From positions 5,270,001-5,334,000 of the forward strand of contig OX597819.1 of NCBI GenBank assembly GCA_951406725.2: 64,000 bases of DNA, written 5' to 3'. The notes beneath the pieces were generated by a model. It was not told the DNA's origin, searched no databases, and worked only from the letters and a program-made list of their open reading frames with translations. The stretch comes from Octopus vulgaris (Eukaryota). The translations under genes were made by a program, and so were the position numbers. Below, piece by piece: positions 50,910 through 64,000 of the stretch (positions are counted from its first letter, which is position 1; every line of letters begins with the position of its first letter).

Positions 50910-51329
50910 AGCCAGCGCCGCCTCGACTGGCTTCTGTGCCGGTGGCACATAAAAAGCACCATCCGAACGTGGCCGATGCCAGCGCCGCCTCGACTGGCTT
51001 CTGTGCCGGTGGCAGATAAAAAGCACCATCCGAACGTGGCCGATGCCAGCGCCGCCTTGGCTGGCTTCCGTGCTGGTGGCACGTTAAAAGCACCAACCGA
51101 TCGTGGCCGATGTCAGACCCCACCGGCACCTGTGCAGGTGGCACGTAAAAAGCACCCACTACACTCGCGGAGTGGTTGGCGTTAGGAAGGGCATCCAGCT
51201 GTAGAAACACAGCCAGATCAGACTGGAGCCTGGTGCAGCCCCTGGCTTCTCAGACCCCGGTCGAACTGTCCAACCCGTGCTAGCGTGGAAAACGGACATT
51301 AAACGATGATGATGATAATGATGATGATG
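50910..51329 (+). mobile_element. RTE 3' UTR copy with about 4 stem-loop units
   Basis: GCCAGCGCCGCCTCGACTGGC repeats followed by the (GAT)n tail. Confidence 0.85.
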
Positions 51330-51628
51330 AAATCTCTTACTCAAAATTTCCAACTTGAAATCCAGTCACATGTTTTAATACCTAACATAAATGCAAAGAT
51401 CATGTCTAGAAAGCTTTCTACTGAACTATAAAGGGCTTGACCAAATTATCAACAGGTCAGATAAAATATGAGCCAATCAAAGTGTAAAATTTCATAAATC
51501 ATTTTAGTAGCTCCAGTAGTTATCTTGTTAATGTTGACGAAGTCCTTCAGTTCACTGCAGTGGATGCAGTCAGTATTTGTGGCAAATCAAGATGAACTTA
51601 TTACACATAGAAAAGCCATTCTAGCCAT

Positions 51629-52406
<778 letters not shown>

Positions 52407-52407
<1 letters not shown>

Positions 52408-53338
52408 AGTGCGAGCAGTGGCGTGCCTCAAGGTTCAGTGCTTGGGCCCTTATTGTTCTTAGTCTTCATAAATGACTTGCCCGACGACCTCACGCAACAC
52501 ACCCTTCTATTTGCCGATGATATCAAACTGGTCACTCCTCGCGGTGATATAGAGGATCTTCGTCGATGCCTCCACCAAATTTGGAAGTGGTCTAACGAAT
52601 GGGGCCTGTGTCTGAACGTGTCAAACTGCTGTCATCTGCCTGTTGGCTCTCCTCCTGCAACTCAACTTGATTTCGAGCCGGGTCGTCTGCTGCTGGAGAG
52701 GACCAATCAGGTAAAGGACCTGGGTATCTTGGTGGATTCCTCCTTTTCGCCTTCGGCCCAGTGCGTCCATGCTGCCAACAAAGCACGTGGAATTCTGTTC
52801 TTGATTCGATGGTCATTCGGATTGCTCACAGCAGCCATATTCCTACCACTCTATGTCACGCTGGTGAGACCCATATTGGAGTACGGGATTCAAGCCTCTT
52901 CTCCTTATCTCCTCAAAGACATACAGCATCTCGAAAGAGTCCAGAAGCTGGCTACTTGCATGGTTCATGGTCTCAAAAATTTGTCCTATGAAGAAAGGCT
53001 GAGGACGCTTGACCTTTATTCTCATAAGCGGAAAGTGTAACCTCTCGAAAGAGCTGTTCTTCACTCCTGCTCCAGAGTGTCGGCTGCGGGGTCATTCCGA
53101 AAAGCTCTACCTGCGACGATTTCATCTCAATCGAAGGAGAGGAGCTTTCTCCGTCCGGGTTGCGGATCCGTGGAACAAGCTGCCAGACGAGATGGTGAAG
53201 ATGCCGACGACCGCTTTGTTCAAAGCCTCCCTTGACCTCAAGTGGCCTGAACTCTTTACATGAACACCACCCTGTACTTAACTCCATGTCCCCCCTACAT
53301 GGCCTTGCTATTTGCTTTTGAGCCAAATTAACTAACTA
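52407..53338 (+). mobile_element. CR1/L2-group LINE, 5'-truncated
   Basis: SGVPQGSVLGPLLFLVFINDL, LFADDIKL, KDLGI, YVTLVRPILEYG, LERVQK; frameshift near 53030; (AACT)n tail. Confidence 0.92.
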
Positions 53339-53361
53339 CCACTACTACCACCACCACCACA

Positions 53362-53402
<41 letters not shown>

Positions 53403-53436
53403 CACCACCACCACCACCACCACGACTACTACTACC

Positions 53437-53495
<59 letters not shown>

Positions 53496-53530
53496 CCCAC
53501 CACCACCACCACTACAACTACCACTACAAC
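53339..53530. repeat. (CTA/CCA)n tract
   Basis: Continues from the LINE tail. Confidence 0.95.
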
Positions 53531-53910
53531 TATTGTTGCTTTCCTTCATCGTCACCACCACCACCACCACCACTACAACAATGGTTCCCGTTACCAATGC
53601 TACTGTCATAACTACTAGTAATACCAGCTCCACCATTCTCCACCAAAGTCTCCTCCTCACATCTGTTTTTCCCTATACATGCATAAGGTGCATCTCTCTT
53701 ACTAAACAATTGCGAACCTGCGTTGGAGGAGGAGGAGGTGGTGGTGACGATGTTGATGAGACAATCGATATGTGAATGGCTTTGTTGTATTGATGGAGAG
53801 GAAAACCGTGGTGATGGTGTTTCGAGTTCGATAATTATGATAACTGTGATGGTGATGATGATGGTCATGGAAGGAATGACGTTAGGTCGATTATGGTGAT
53901 AAAGGAAAGT

Positions 53911-54257
53911 TGTGGTGGGGGTGGGGGTGGGGGGGGGGGTGGGGGCGGGGGTGGGGGGGGGGGGGGGGGGGGGGGTGGGGGGGGGTGGGGGCGGGGGTAG
54001 TAGTAGTAGTAGTGGTAGTAGTAGTAGTGGTAGTGGTAGTACTAGTACTAGTAGTAGTACTAGTAGTAGTGGTGGTGGTGGTGGTGGTAGAAGTAGTAGT
54101 AGTGGTAGTAGTAGTTGTAGTGGTGGTGGGGGGTAGTAGTAGTAGTAATAGTAGTAGTTCTAGTAGTAGTAGTGGTGGTGGTGGTGGTAGTAGAAGTAGT
54201 AGTAGTACTAGTGGTGGTGGTGGTGGTAGTAGAAGTAGTAGTAGTGGTAGTAGTAGA

Positions 54258-54324
<67 letters not shown>

Positions 54325-54357
54325 TTGGTAGTGGTAGTAGAAGTAGTAGTAGTAGTG

Positions 54358-54393
<36 letters not shown>

Positions 54394-54395
54394 TG

Positions 54396-54427
<32 letters not shown>

Positions 54428-54480
54428 GGTGGTGGTGGTGGTAGTAGAAGTAGTAGTTGTAGTTGTAATGGTGGTGGGGG

Positions 54481-54521
<41 letters not shown>

Positions 54522-54525
54522 GGTG

Positions 54526-54568
<43 letters not shown>
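53911..54568. repeat. G-run (53911-53997) followed by a (TAG/TGG)n tract
   Basis: Direct reading. Confidence 0.95.
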
Positions 54569-54599
54569 ATTATGGTCAGCGAATAATATCAATTTATTT

Positions 54600-54825
54600 G
54601 TAGCCGTGTGCATGTAATGGTGATGGCGTTAGGAGCAGAGGTTTATTGAATTGATCGAATTAAAGGGAAACTTTTTCTGATCACAAACGTTTTGTCTGTA
54701 AACAGCAGAAGCCATGACATTTTGCTGCAGCACGTCTGAGAGGTAAAAGGGAAAAAAAATCAATCATTTGGTCACGTGACTGCATGACGTAAAGTAAGCG
54801 AAACAAAGATGAAAACGGTATTATA
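54600..54825. promoter_or_regulatory. Candidate promoter element cluster
   Basis: Palindromic E-box/CLEAR-type GTCACGTGAC at 54771-54780 next to TGACGT at 54785-54790, in CpG-retaining sequence. Confidence 0.4.
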
Positions 54826-54830
54826 TAATA

Positions 54831-55222
54831 CTAGCAGTATCGCCCGGCGTTGCTCGGGTTTGTAAGGGAAATAACTATATAAGAATTTTTAGAGATGTAA
54901 AGTATAATAGCCATCTCAATATGGCTAACCACAAGGGGGGTTACTGTAGCTTTTTACGTTCTGAGATTTAATAATAAATTTTTAGAGAGTTACTTCCCTT
55001 ATATATGCCAAAAATGCATTAAAACTGGGAAAAATTGAAGGTAATTTTTGTTTTAAATCGTAGACTCATCGTAGACGCGCGCTAATACCCAGAAGGGCTC
55101 GATATGAATCACAACTATAAGATACCCGGTTTTGGTTAAACTGCACCGCAAAATGTGGGAGTAGTTAGGAATCTAAATCGTAGGAGACAGACAGCACACA
55201 ACCTCACTTTTATATGTAAAGA
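54831..55222 (-). mobile_element. Helitron family 1
   Basis: Intact termini and hairpin. Confidence 0.88.
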
Positions 55223-55338
55223 TGACTTAGGGAAGATTATAGACTGTACGAGACTCCAAGGTAGGGTAACTGCAACAGGAATGAAAAACTTAAAATTGTT
55301 AGGCAATGTATTATAGTATAGAGTAGAGTAACACGTCA

Positions 55339-55728
55339 TCTTTATATATAAGAGTGAGGTTGTGTGCTGTCTGTCTCCTACGATTTAGATTCCTAACTAC
55401 TCCCACATTTTGCGGTGCAGTTTAACCAAAAGCGGGTATCTTATAGTCGTGATTCATATCGAGCCCTTCTGGGCATTAGCGCGCGTCTACGATTAAAAAA
55501 AAAATTTACCATCATTTTTTTCCATTTTAATGCATTATTTTCGCTATTATATAAGGGAAGTAACTCCCTAAAAATGTCTACGATGAGTCAACGATTTAAA
55601 AAAAAATTACCATCATTTTTTTTCCATTTTTAATGCATTTTTTTGCTACTTTTTGGCTATAACTCTCTAAAAATGCTTATATAGTTATTTCCCTTACAAA
55701 CCCGAGCAACGCCGGGCGAAACTGCTAG
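55339..55728 (+). mobile_element. Helitron family 1
   Basis: Intact termini and hairpin; head-to-head with 54831-55222. Confidence 0.88.
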
Positions 55729-55839
55729 TTATGAATATAGTTAAACACCGACTAACAAGTTTAATATAGTGAGCCCCGCCTCCCCAAATTTTATTAAAAC
55801 TGTACTCGTAGAGAAAATGAAAAAAACAAACATTCGCTT

Positions 55840-56490
55840 TTATGGGCAAGAAAGACAAAAGAGACAGTTCCGATTTCCAAAATAATTAAATGTTGAATAG
55901 GGACACGAAGTGAGATTGCTAGCTTTGCTAAATTCAGTGACAACTGCAGACATTATGTCAATCTTATTAAACTTTTCCTTAGCAATGTATAGTTTTACCA
56001 GTGTTTGCCAGATCCTAGATGACTGAGATATATAATAATTTTGGTTAATATGCAGTTTAATGCCGCAAAAAGTAAGGTACAATAAATTTAAAAGATGAGA
56101 ACTGTAAAGAGTGGTAATTTAGAAGAGCTGGCATTCTTTGCTGCAATATTTTAAGTAAAAAGTTTCTTAGTCTTTACTTTACTTGAAGTAATAGTTTGTT
56201 GCATACTTTTACTGGTGTAATAACTTGTCCTGTACTTTTCCAGGTTTATATTCTTAAGAATATTACTTTTCATGCTTGCATTTTTCCATGTAATAACGCA
56301 ATGGATATTACTAGCAACGTGTTTGATATCCGATAGGTAGGCTTCCTCTGTTAGTTGAGCCGCATACATTGTTGTGAATCATTCTTGAAATTTTATTCAT
56401 CCAATGATGAGAGCATCCATATACAGACTATCGAAGAGCAGTGGAGGAAACTCAGTATACATTGTCGAAACAGTACGAACATACGTTCTG
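55840..56490 (-). pseudogene. Possible decayed GPCR fragment (TM5-TM7-like)
   Basis: Stop-interrupted frame TVSTMYTEFPPLLFDSLYMDALIIG, basic loop, LPLFTVLIF*IYCTLLFAALNCIL, then after a frameshift ASNLTSCPYSTFNYF. Confidence 0.3.
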
Positions 56491-56863
56491 AAATAGGTTC
56501 ATGGATCATGTAAAGGATCTATGCATGTTCTATGCATCGTTTTCGCGTTATATATATAAAATGAGATTATAGGATTTCAATGTAATGATTTCCGGTTTCT
56601 ATCGCAATTTAATTTCGCTTTGGGTCACTAAATTACACGTTAACAAAAATTTTGACTGAATGAACATTGACTGACATGGCAACTTAAAATAACGACAAAG
56701 AATCACTAGTTTTCATCTTTCGCAAATTATTTTAGGGGTTCATGAGTATACATTGGGGGATTTCCCTGGAACTGATCCTTGTTTCTGTTACATAGGCACT
56801 TCTTTTTTTTTTTTTATTAAACATCATTAATTCTGGCTGACGACCAGCAGCATAAGTTATGTA

Positions 56864-58155
56864 CAAGGTGTTCGGACTAAGTTTGACAGTTTGCATAAAA
56901 GGAAAAGAAAACACAATATCCCATCCAAAACTATAAGCAATTAAAAAAATAGATAATAAAAATATCTAGGGTATTATTCAAATTAACCACCATCAATTTC
57001 CACCACCGAATCAAGACGGCTTTGGAATCTGGTGCATGCGTTCCTCATGTGGGAAGATCTTGGTCACTAGCTTGGCCTTGATGTTGCATGCAGAGCTGTT
57101 GATGTCTTTCACAACTGTGCACTATACATAGTAATGTATGGGATTACAATCGGAGGGATTTGGGAGGCCAGAAATTGGGACAAGTGAAGACAAGAATTCT
57201 CTGAAACCACTTTTGACTTTTCCGAGGTATGACAAGAAGCTGAATCCTGCTGCCACAAATATGACCATCTAGCAGCAACCTTCTTTAGCCAGGGATTGAC
57301 TATATTTTCCAGCAGCTTCACATAGCCGTATGAATTGAGCCTAAGGCCTATCCTACAAGTGTTGGGTGAATTCCGGTGGGCTTACGCAGTCAGAACACTT
57401 GTTGAGTCCCTACCTGCTGGTTACAGTTTTTTAGCTGTCTATATCATGTCTTTTACATTGTTCACAGAGCATTGAGAAGCAGTCTTTCCCAAAGTTCAGA
57501 TGGCTTCCAGCTCTCCGTATCAGCTAACATTTTCTCAATTACAACTTTAAACTTTGTAGCGGACTGGATGAAAGATATGATATCAGGTTGATATGATGTA
57601 GGCCACTATCGAATGTAGCATGTAGATGTAACACTTAAAGGTTCTTGCGTCGGAGTAATCTGTGAACATCGAAGAATCAACACCAAGAAGGAAGAAATAT
57701 TATTTACATATATTTATTCGTTTGCCCAACAGATAGTTAAAGAGACAACAACAGGGATGGTTCGCTGGTTAGCAGTTGATAGTGTAGAAGTTGCGGTCAG
57801 TAGAGAGTGAAAGACTAAAGAATAAACGGTGCTGACCAGAAAGGATAAAGGTGGCATCGTCTTTCTTGCGTCCGAGGAAAATGCTGCTCTTGGTCATGGC
57901 TGACGCAAAAGAGGAAGAGACATGAACAGTTCTGTTATATAGACTATGGTCAATAATGTAGCTCAGACCCTAAACAAAGACCTTTCCTTGACCAGCACAG
58001 GTCCTAGGGAGTCGAGTGTTTCTTCATCAACAAGCGGGACGAAGCGAGGTCCCTACATCTTTATACTCTCCAACGCCGATGACTGTCCATTAATACACCA
58101 AGTTGTTATTGAAAAAAGGAAACAAAAAATCGTCAAATTTAGCCCGAACACCCTG
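56864..58155 (-). mobile_element. Tc1/mariner (maT-like) relic with TIRs and an internal insertion
   Basis: TIRs CAAGGTGTTCGGACTAAGTTTGAC and GTCAAATTTAGCCCGAACACCCTG; PWLKKVAARWSYLWQQDSASCH. Confidence 0.8.
57360..58097. mobile_element. Putative solo LTR inside the mariner relic
   Basis: TGT...ACA ends; imperfect 5-bp flanks ACAAG/CCAAG; AATAAA on the minus strand; non-coding. Confidence 0.35.
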
Positions 58156-58348
58156 TGTCTGGCAATATCTGGATGGCGAGGAAAAATTTTACATATTTGC
58201 ACATATTAGATGTGACCTGCCTGAAAAAGACTTCATTTAAAATTTTTAAAAAATAAATGGATCTCGAGATGTCAAGAAAATTCCAAATTAACGAAATATA
58301 TAAGGATGTCGATGAATATTGTTGGCAATGTCACTTATACGATAAAAT

Positions 58349-58731
58349 GTGGAGGCGCAATGGCCCAGTGGTTAGGGCAGCGGACTCACGGTCATAGGAT
58401 CGCGGTTTCGATTCCCGACCGGGCGTTATGAGTGTTTATTGAGCGAAAACACCTAAAGCTCCACGAGGCTCCGGCAGGGGATGATGGTGATCCCTGCTCT
58501 ACTCTTTCACCACAACTTTCTCTCACTCTTACTTCCTGTTTCTGTTGTACCTGTATTTCAAAGGGCCAGCCTTGTCACTCTCTGTGTCACGCTGAATATC
58601 CCCGAGAACTACGTTAAGGGTACACGTGTCTGTGGAGTGCTCAGCCACTTACACGTTAATTTCACGAGCAGGCTGTTCCGTTGATTCGGATCAACCGGAA
58701 CCCTCGTCGTCGTAACCGACTGAGTGCTTCC
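58349..58731 (+). mobile_element. SINE family A
   Basis: TSD TTATAC(G/A)ATAAAA. Confidence 0.92.
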
Positions 58732-59084
58732 ATTATACAATAAAACTGTTTTATTTTAAAAAGTGTTTTTTTTTTTCTGTAAGAAGACATTGAAACGTTC
58801 CCTGGTGTGATTTATTTCGGCGTTTCTTTAGAAGCGCATCTCTCCAAGAAAATGACGCTCAGTAACGTTGGGAAAAATCTCCCGAAAACTATACAACGAA
58901 CTCAAAAACAGTCATCGAAAAGAGATAGCAGAACTGAAAGAACTGCCTAAGGTATTTAACCCGCCGGTTAAACCATTTTTGTATGAAAGAAAGGAGCGAG
59001 GAACCTGTCTCAGAAATGCTGAGAATAATCCCTCTCGAAAGATGAACCAGCAGGTAAGCTCGAATTTCCTTCTTTTTCGTGTTT

Positions 59085-62000
59085 GACATGGCTATGCTAT
59101 GCATTACGTGTTCGAAGAGGAAGCAGGCTTGTCTCCTCGACGACCTTAGGTCACACAGAACTGATATTATGGTTGCTACAGAGACCAGGCTGGACAAGCT
59201 GCAGGCCTTCTCAAACTCTTCTGAATGGCTCTGGGAAAATCATGTCTCCTAGCCAGAAGTGGGGGAGTAGAGCTGTTGTAGTTTTGCTCCGGAAAAGCCT
59301 GGCCATGCAGACATGTACGATCTTCGTGGACCCAGAAGGCGAGTCGGTCGTTCTGGATCTGACATACAGAGATAAGGCCTTGAGGTTGGTTGGCATCTAC
59401 GCACCTGGCACGCTAGGCAAACGGGATGAGTTCTATCGACGCTCGGAGAACTTTCTTGTGACATCAAGGACACTAGTTTTGCTCGGTGATTTTAACGCTA
59501 TTCTGGATGCACGCCCGGATAGCGCAGGCTCGAATGTTAAGAAGTGTAACTTACGCCTCGTCGATCTGCTGAAGCGATTTAGGCTGGCAGATCGATACAG
59601 ACTTGATAATCCGAGCGTTCCAACGTGGACTTGGTCTAATAACGACGGATCTATCTGGTCTTGTATAGACAGGATAATAGTTAATGCTAGAGATAAGTTT
59701 GGTTTCAGCTGTCTACAGTTTACCCATGTACCCTACACGGATCACAAATTACTGACGTGTAGGCTGCAAATAAATAACGTTCATAGACAGGGATCTGGCT
59801 ATTGGAAGTTAAACAAGTCCCTATTGGATTGCGAAACTTACCGTAGCCAGATTAAGGTGTTAGTAATGAGGGTACTAACCGGCTCTGTGATTAACAACCG
59901 GTGGTGGAGCGCCCTCAAAAGAGCCATTCGACTTGAGTCGATTAGATTTAGCGAGCAATTAAGTCTAGAGCAGACTAGAGGAGAAAGGGAATTAGTTAAG
60001 GCATTAGAAGAGGCGCTGAGGATGGGCTCTGCACCCCAAGTATTGGCGGTGAGATCGGCCATAGACCGACGCCTCAATTCCAAACACGAAGGATGCGAGC
60101 CCACCCACGCGGCTCAGTGCACACTGAATCGCGTGGGTGGGCTCGCTCGGAAGAAACCTGACGTGGCGTGGACGCTACGATAAGGTTTGTGGTAGACAAA
60201 CATTGACAGGAGATCCAAGGACAAGAAGAGATGTAAAAGGCCTTTCGCGAGCACTTTGTTTGGGAGGATCGGGGCGCTGGACCATGGGGATGTCCTCCGG
60301 CATTTCCCGGACGGCGACCTGCGTCTTTCGGCGCGTGACGCTGAGCGCTGTGAAGGACCGTTCACAGCCGAAGAGGTTATAGAGGTACTTTCCAAGTGCC
60401 CCGGGGACAAGTCGCCGGGATTGGATGGTCTACCTTACGAATTTTATAAAAGTATGCCAGACTTGTTCGGGAACGTACTGTCCAGTGTGTACGCGAATTG
60501 GCAGCAGAATGGGAAAATTCCCAAATCTGTGAGCCGAGAAGTGGTGACACTGATCAGGAAAGACCCAAGCAAGGGGAATAGTATTAATAATTTTCGGCCC
60601 ATAACTCTGCTAAACACAGAGTTAAAGATTTTGGCCAAGGGGCTAGCCAAGAGAGTGAGGATTGTCGTGGGCGACCTGGTGGGAGAGGCACAGACATGTA
60701 CCATCCCAGGAAGGACGATACATGACAACCTTCATCTCATTCGTTACACCACAGAGAGGGTTGGTAAAGTTCCTGGCAAAGGTCAGGCACTGGTGAATTT
60801 AGACCAGTCTAAGGCATTCGATAAGGTCGAGCATCGGTATCAGGCGGCGGTCCTCCGGGCAGTCGAACCGGGCCCGACTTTCCGAGGCTGGATCGAAGCT
60901 AAGTATTGCAACATCGAATCTGTCATCCAGGTGAATGGGTTCTTCTCGAACCCCTTCGCTGCTATATGTATTGGCTCTTGAGCTACTGCTGCCGAGGTTG
61001 GGGACTATGGAAGAAGACCCGCGTGATCTGTGTTACGGTAGAAGTGCGACGGCATATGCGAATGATGTTACCATCATCGTTTCTGATGAATGGCAGCTAC
61101 CTCGTGTAGAAAACGCCATCAAAGGATATGAAGCGGTGGCCGGGGCAAAAATTAACCAGGAGAAATCGGTCGGCTTGCAACTCGGCACCTGGCGTGGCAA
61201 GTAGATGCCTCCCAACAGCGTCGTCGAACGCTGGACAGAGAGCCCTGTTAAATTGCTCGGAATCTGGTTTGGACCAGATCTCCGGGTAGAGAAAAACTGG
61301 AGCGAGGTGGCGAGCAAGATGACGGACATAATCCAGACCTGGTCTGGGAGGACGTTATCTTTGCTAGGAAGGGCCAAGGTTGCACAGATGTTTATAGCAT
61401 CGGTGATAATCTACCGCCTAACCATCGTGCTTTGCCCCGGTTTACGGCTGACCAATTTGGAACGGATCCTTTCCCGCTTTTAATGGAAAGGGAAAACGCC
61501 ACTTGTGGGGCGGTCCATCTGCTGCCAAAAACCGTCAAAGGGTGGACTGGGGATGCCTTGGTTGATGATACGCAAGTATGCGCTGAGGCTGAGACATCTC
61601 TGGTGCTACCTGGATTGTGAGCAAGTGTGGTCGCCGCTTGCCAAGCAATTCTTTCCACACCTGAAGTCCCCCAGGGACTTAGGTACATGAATCAAGCGGA
61701 GACCTAGGATGGGAGAATGGCAGTGGGAGTGCAGACAAGCATTCACTCTGTTCTCTCGGGCGAGCAATATCGACAGCGAGGTTGCCACTGCGGATTTTTA
61801 TAGAATGTTGGTAGAGCATAAGTCCAACGATGTCCTGGGGAAGACTCTGGGCTTCGATGAGGAGCAACTGACCAACCTGTTCGGAAGGATATTCGGACCG
61901 AGGTATCTGGATAACTTCCAGAAATCCTTGGTTTGGTTGTGCTACTGATCGGCCTTACCGGTTTGAGAGAGGTTGTCTGGACACGGTTTTGACACCTACC

Positions 62001-62463
62001 CCACATGCCCGAGGTGCGGGCGCGTCAGTGAAACTGTCGCGCACGTCTTCGTATACTGTGAGGAGTTGATAACCTCTGTCGAACAACTGATGTCGGATGT
62101 AGAGAGAGTACGGCTCTCGACTGAGTCCATGACTAAGATCGTACCGCCTTCTTCCTCCAACAAGGAAAATAAGGCATCTTTTTTCTGCGTAGTAGCCATA
62201 CTGAAAGAAACGGTATGAACGGCACGAGCGAAAGGGATTGGGACAGGTCCCTACATCTCCGGACACGGGTTGGTAAGAAAGATCCGTCTGGAGAAAAGGC
62301 GCCTGTCGCAAAGTACGTTCGGAAAAAGATGGATGTTTGTAGTAAGGAAGCTGAGGATGAATGGGGACGTGCTAGCATGGCCGGTCAAGGCGAAAAGAAG
62401 GGGGGAAAAAAAAGAAAGAAAAATCCAAAGGTGAAAAAACCGGCGTGTTAACAATAAAAAAAC
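59085..62463 (+). mobile_element. Tx1/L1-clade LINE ORF2 pseudogene (APE endonuclease, RT, CCHC)
   Basis: IYAP, LGDFNA, IDRI, TDH, GYWKLN; KSPGLDGLPYEFY, FRPITLLNTELKILAK, LDQSKAFDKV, AYAND, KLLGI; CPRC...ETVAHVFVYC; several stops and frameshifts. Confidence 0.92.
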
Positions 62464-62490
62464 CCGGAACATTATTTTATAAATGTTTAA

Positions 62491-62995
62491 TCTTTATATA
62501 TAAAAGAGAAGTTGTGTGCTGTCTGTCTCCTACGATTTAGATTCCTAACTACTCCCACATTTTGCGGTGCAGTTTAACCAAAAGCGGGTATCTTATAGTC
62601 GTGATTCATATCGAGCCCTTCTGGGTATTAGCGCGTGTCTACGATGAGTCTACGATTAAAAAAAAAAATTTACCATAATTTTTTTTTCCATTTTAATGCA
62701 TTTTTTTCGCTATTATATAAGGGAAGTAACTCTCTAAAAATGTCTACGATGAGTCAACGATTTAAAAAAAAATTTACCATCATTTTTTCCATTTTAATGC
62801 ATTTTTTCGCTATTATATAAGGGAAGTAACTCTCTAAAAATGTCTACGATGAGTCAACGATTTAAAAAAAAAATTACCATCATTTTTTTTCCATTTTGAA
62901 TGTTTCTTTTTGCTATCTTTTGGCTATAACTCTCTAAAAATGCTTATATAGTTATTTCCCTTACAAACCCGAGCAACGCCGGGCGATACTGCTAG
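62491..62995 (+). mobile_element. Helitron family 1 with three internal units of about 100 bp
   Basis: A|TC...hairpin-CTAG|T. Confidence 0.88.
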
Positions 62996-63060
62996 TTGTA
63001 TATAATTTTATTTCATCCTTTTATTCGATTTTCCCCCATTTCATTGCAACCCAAACCATT

Positions 63061-63939
63061 TGTAAGAATGTAAGTGTTCGTCTCTTGTAGTGTCCCTTCT
63101 ATGTATACCTTTATAGGTAAATAAAGAAATTCTTTCGTTTCAGACCTAGACACTGCCAGTTCCAGCGAAACACAACAGCAGCCACGTGGAGACTCACCGA
63201 CTTCGTCCAACAGCGTTCAGTGACCTTCATCTCCGTCGCCTCCATTTGTCCTAACGTCAACATCTCTCTACCTACTCGCCCAGGTTACAACACTGCACTG
63301 TTCGTGAACAACTTCACCAAGGATCAACAGTGAATATATAACCTGCGAGAACTCCTGTTCCAAGCGACCCAAGCAACAGCATCACAGCCACAACTCCACG
63401 TACGACACGTACCGCAACCGACTCTGCATCATCGCCGCAACTTCTTGATACAATATTTCAACTATCGTGTACAATTGACTACGAACGGGTGTTTATCATT
63501 CTTGTGTCTATGAATTTACTCCTCCCTTCGATGGATACAGACTCTTTCACTGTCTCTTCTTGTGCCATCCTTGTATGTTCTTGACGTGCATACGTCTATG
63601 CCTACATACACGCGCATACATCTTATTCTTATGACGGTCTGTCTATTATTCTGTATATATGACGCACACACAATAACACATGTTAACATATCGATAAATA
63701 TTCTCTTAAACAGCTCTACCCGATTATGTCTCTTATTTCCCTCTAGCACATATATGCATTGTTCTATTTATATTTATTGTATCGACCGTGTGATGTACTA
63801 AGGAGCCATTCTCATCACCTCACTTCGCATGGACGTCATAAATCGGAGACCGGTTCCAGCTCCTTGAAACTACCAAACAATTATAACGGGGGAAGGAGAT
63901 ACTCCACAGGTGTCATAAACCTTCCATTCCAATAATACA
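63061..63939 (+). mobile_element. LTR-like sequence related to 15374-16418
   Basis: Shared motifs in the same order (CCAGTTC.AGCGA, CATCTCCGTCG, CCAGGTT); boundaries and TSD not resolved. Confidence 0.4.
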
Positions 63940-64000
63940 TTTAAACTAATGTGAGAATTTTGTCAATCCTGCTGACATTCGTGCATATACACAACACATT

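Overview
AT-rich, repeat-dense eukaryotic DNA. The SINE, RTE and Helitron repertoire looks like an octopus or other cephalopod genome (inference). No intact host protein-coding gene could be established. The window is a nested mosaic of tRNA-headed SINEs (at least 4 families), truncated LINEs (RTE, CR1-like, Tx1/L1), a decayed Penelope-like element, an internally deleted Gypsy provirus, solo LTRs, five Tc1/mariner relics, about 10 non-autonomous Helitrons, piggyBac-type MITEs and long microsatellites. Main highlights: (1) four minimal type-I hammerhead ribozyme motifs in unrelated short elements, including a 205-bp insertion with an 11-bp TSD and an empty site inside this window, whose core has a compensatory G3:C8 swap; (2) a pre-tRNA-Lys fused to an RTE 3' tail, resembling a newly formed SINE; (3) a PHD-type zinc finger inside an RTE reverse transcriptase; (4) variable-copy stem-loop arrays in the RTE 3' UTR. 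All structures were read by eye; no searches or folding programs were run.
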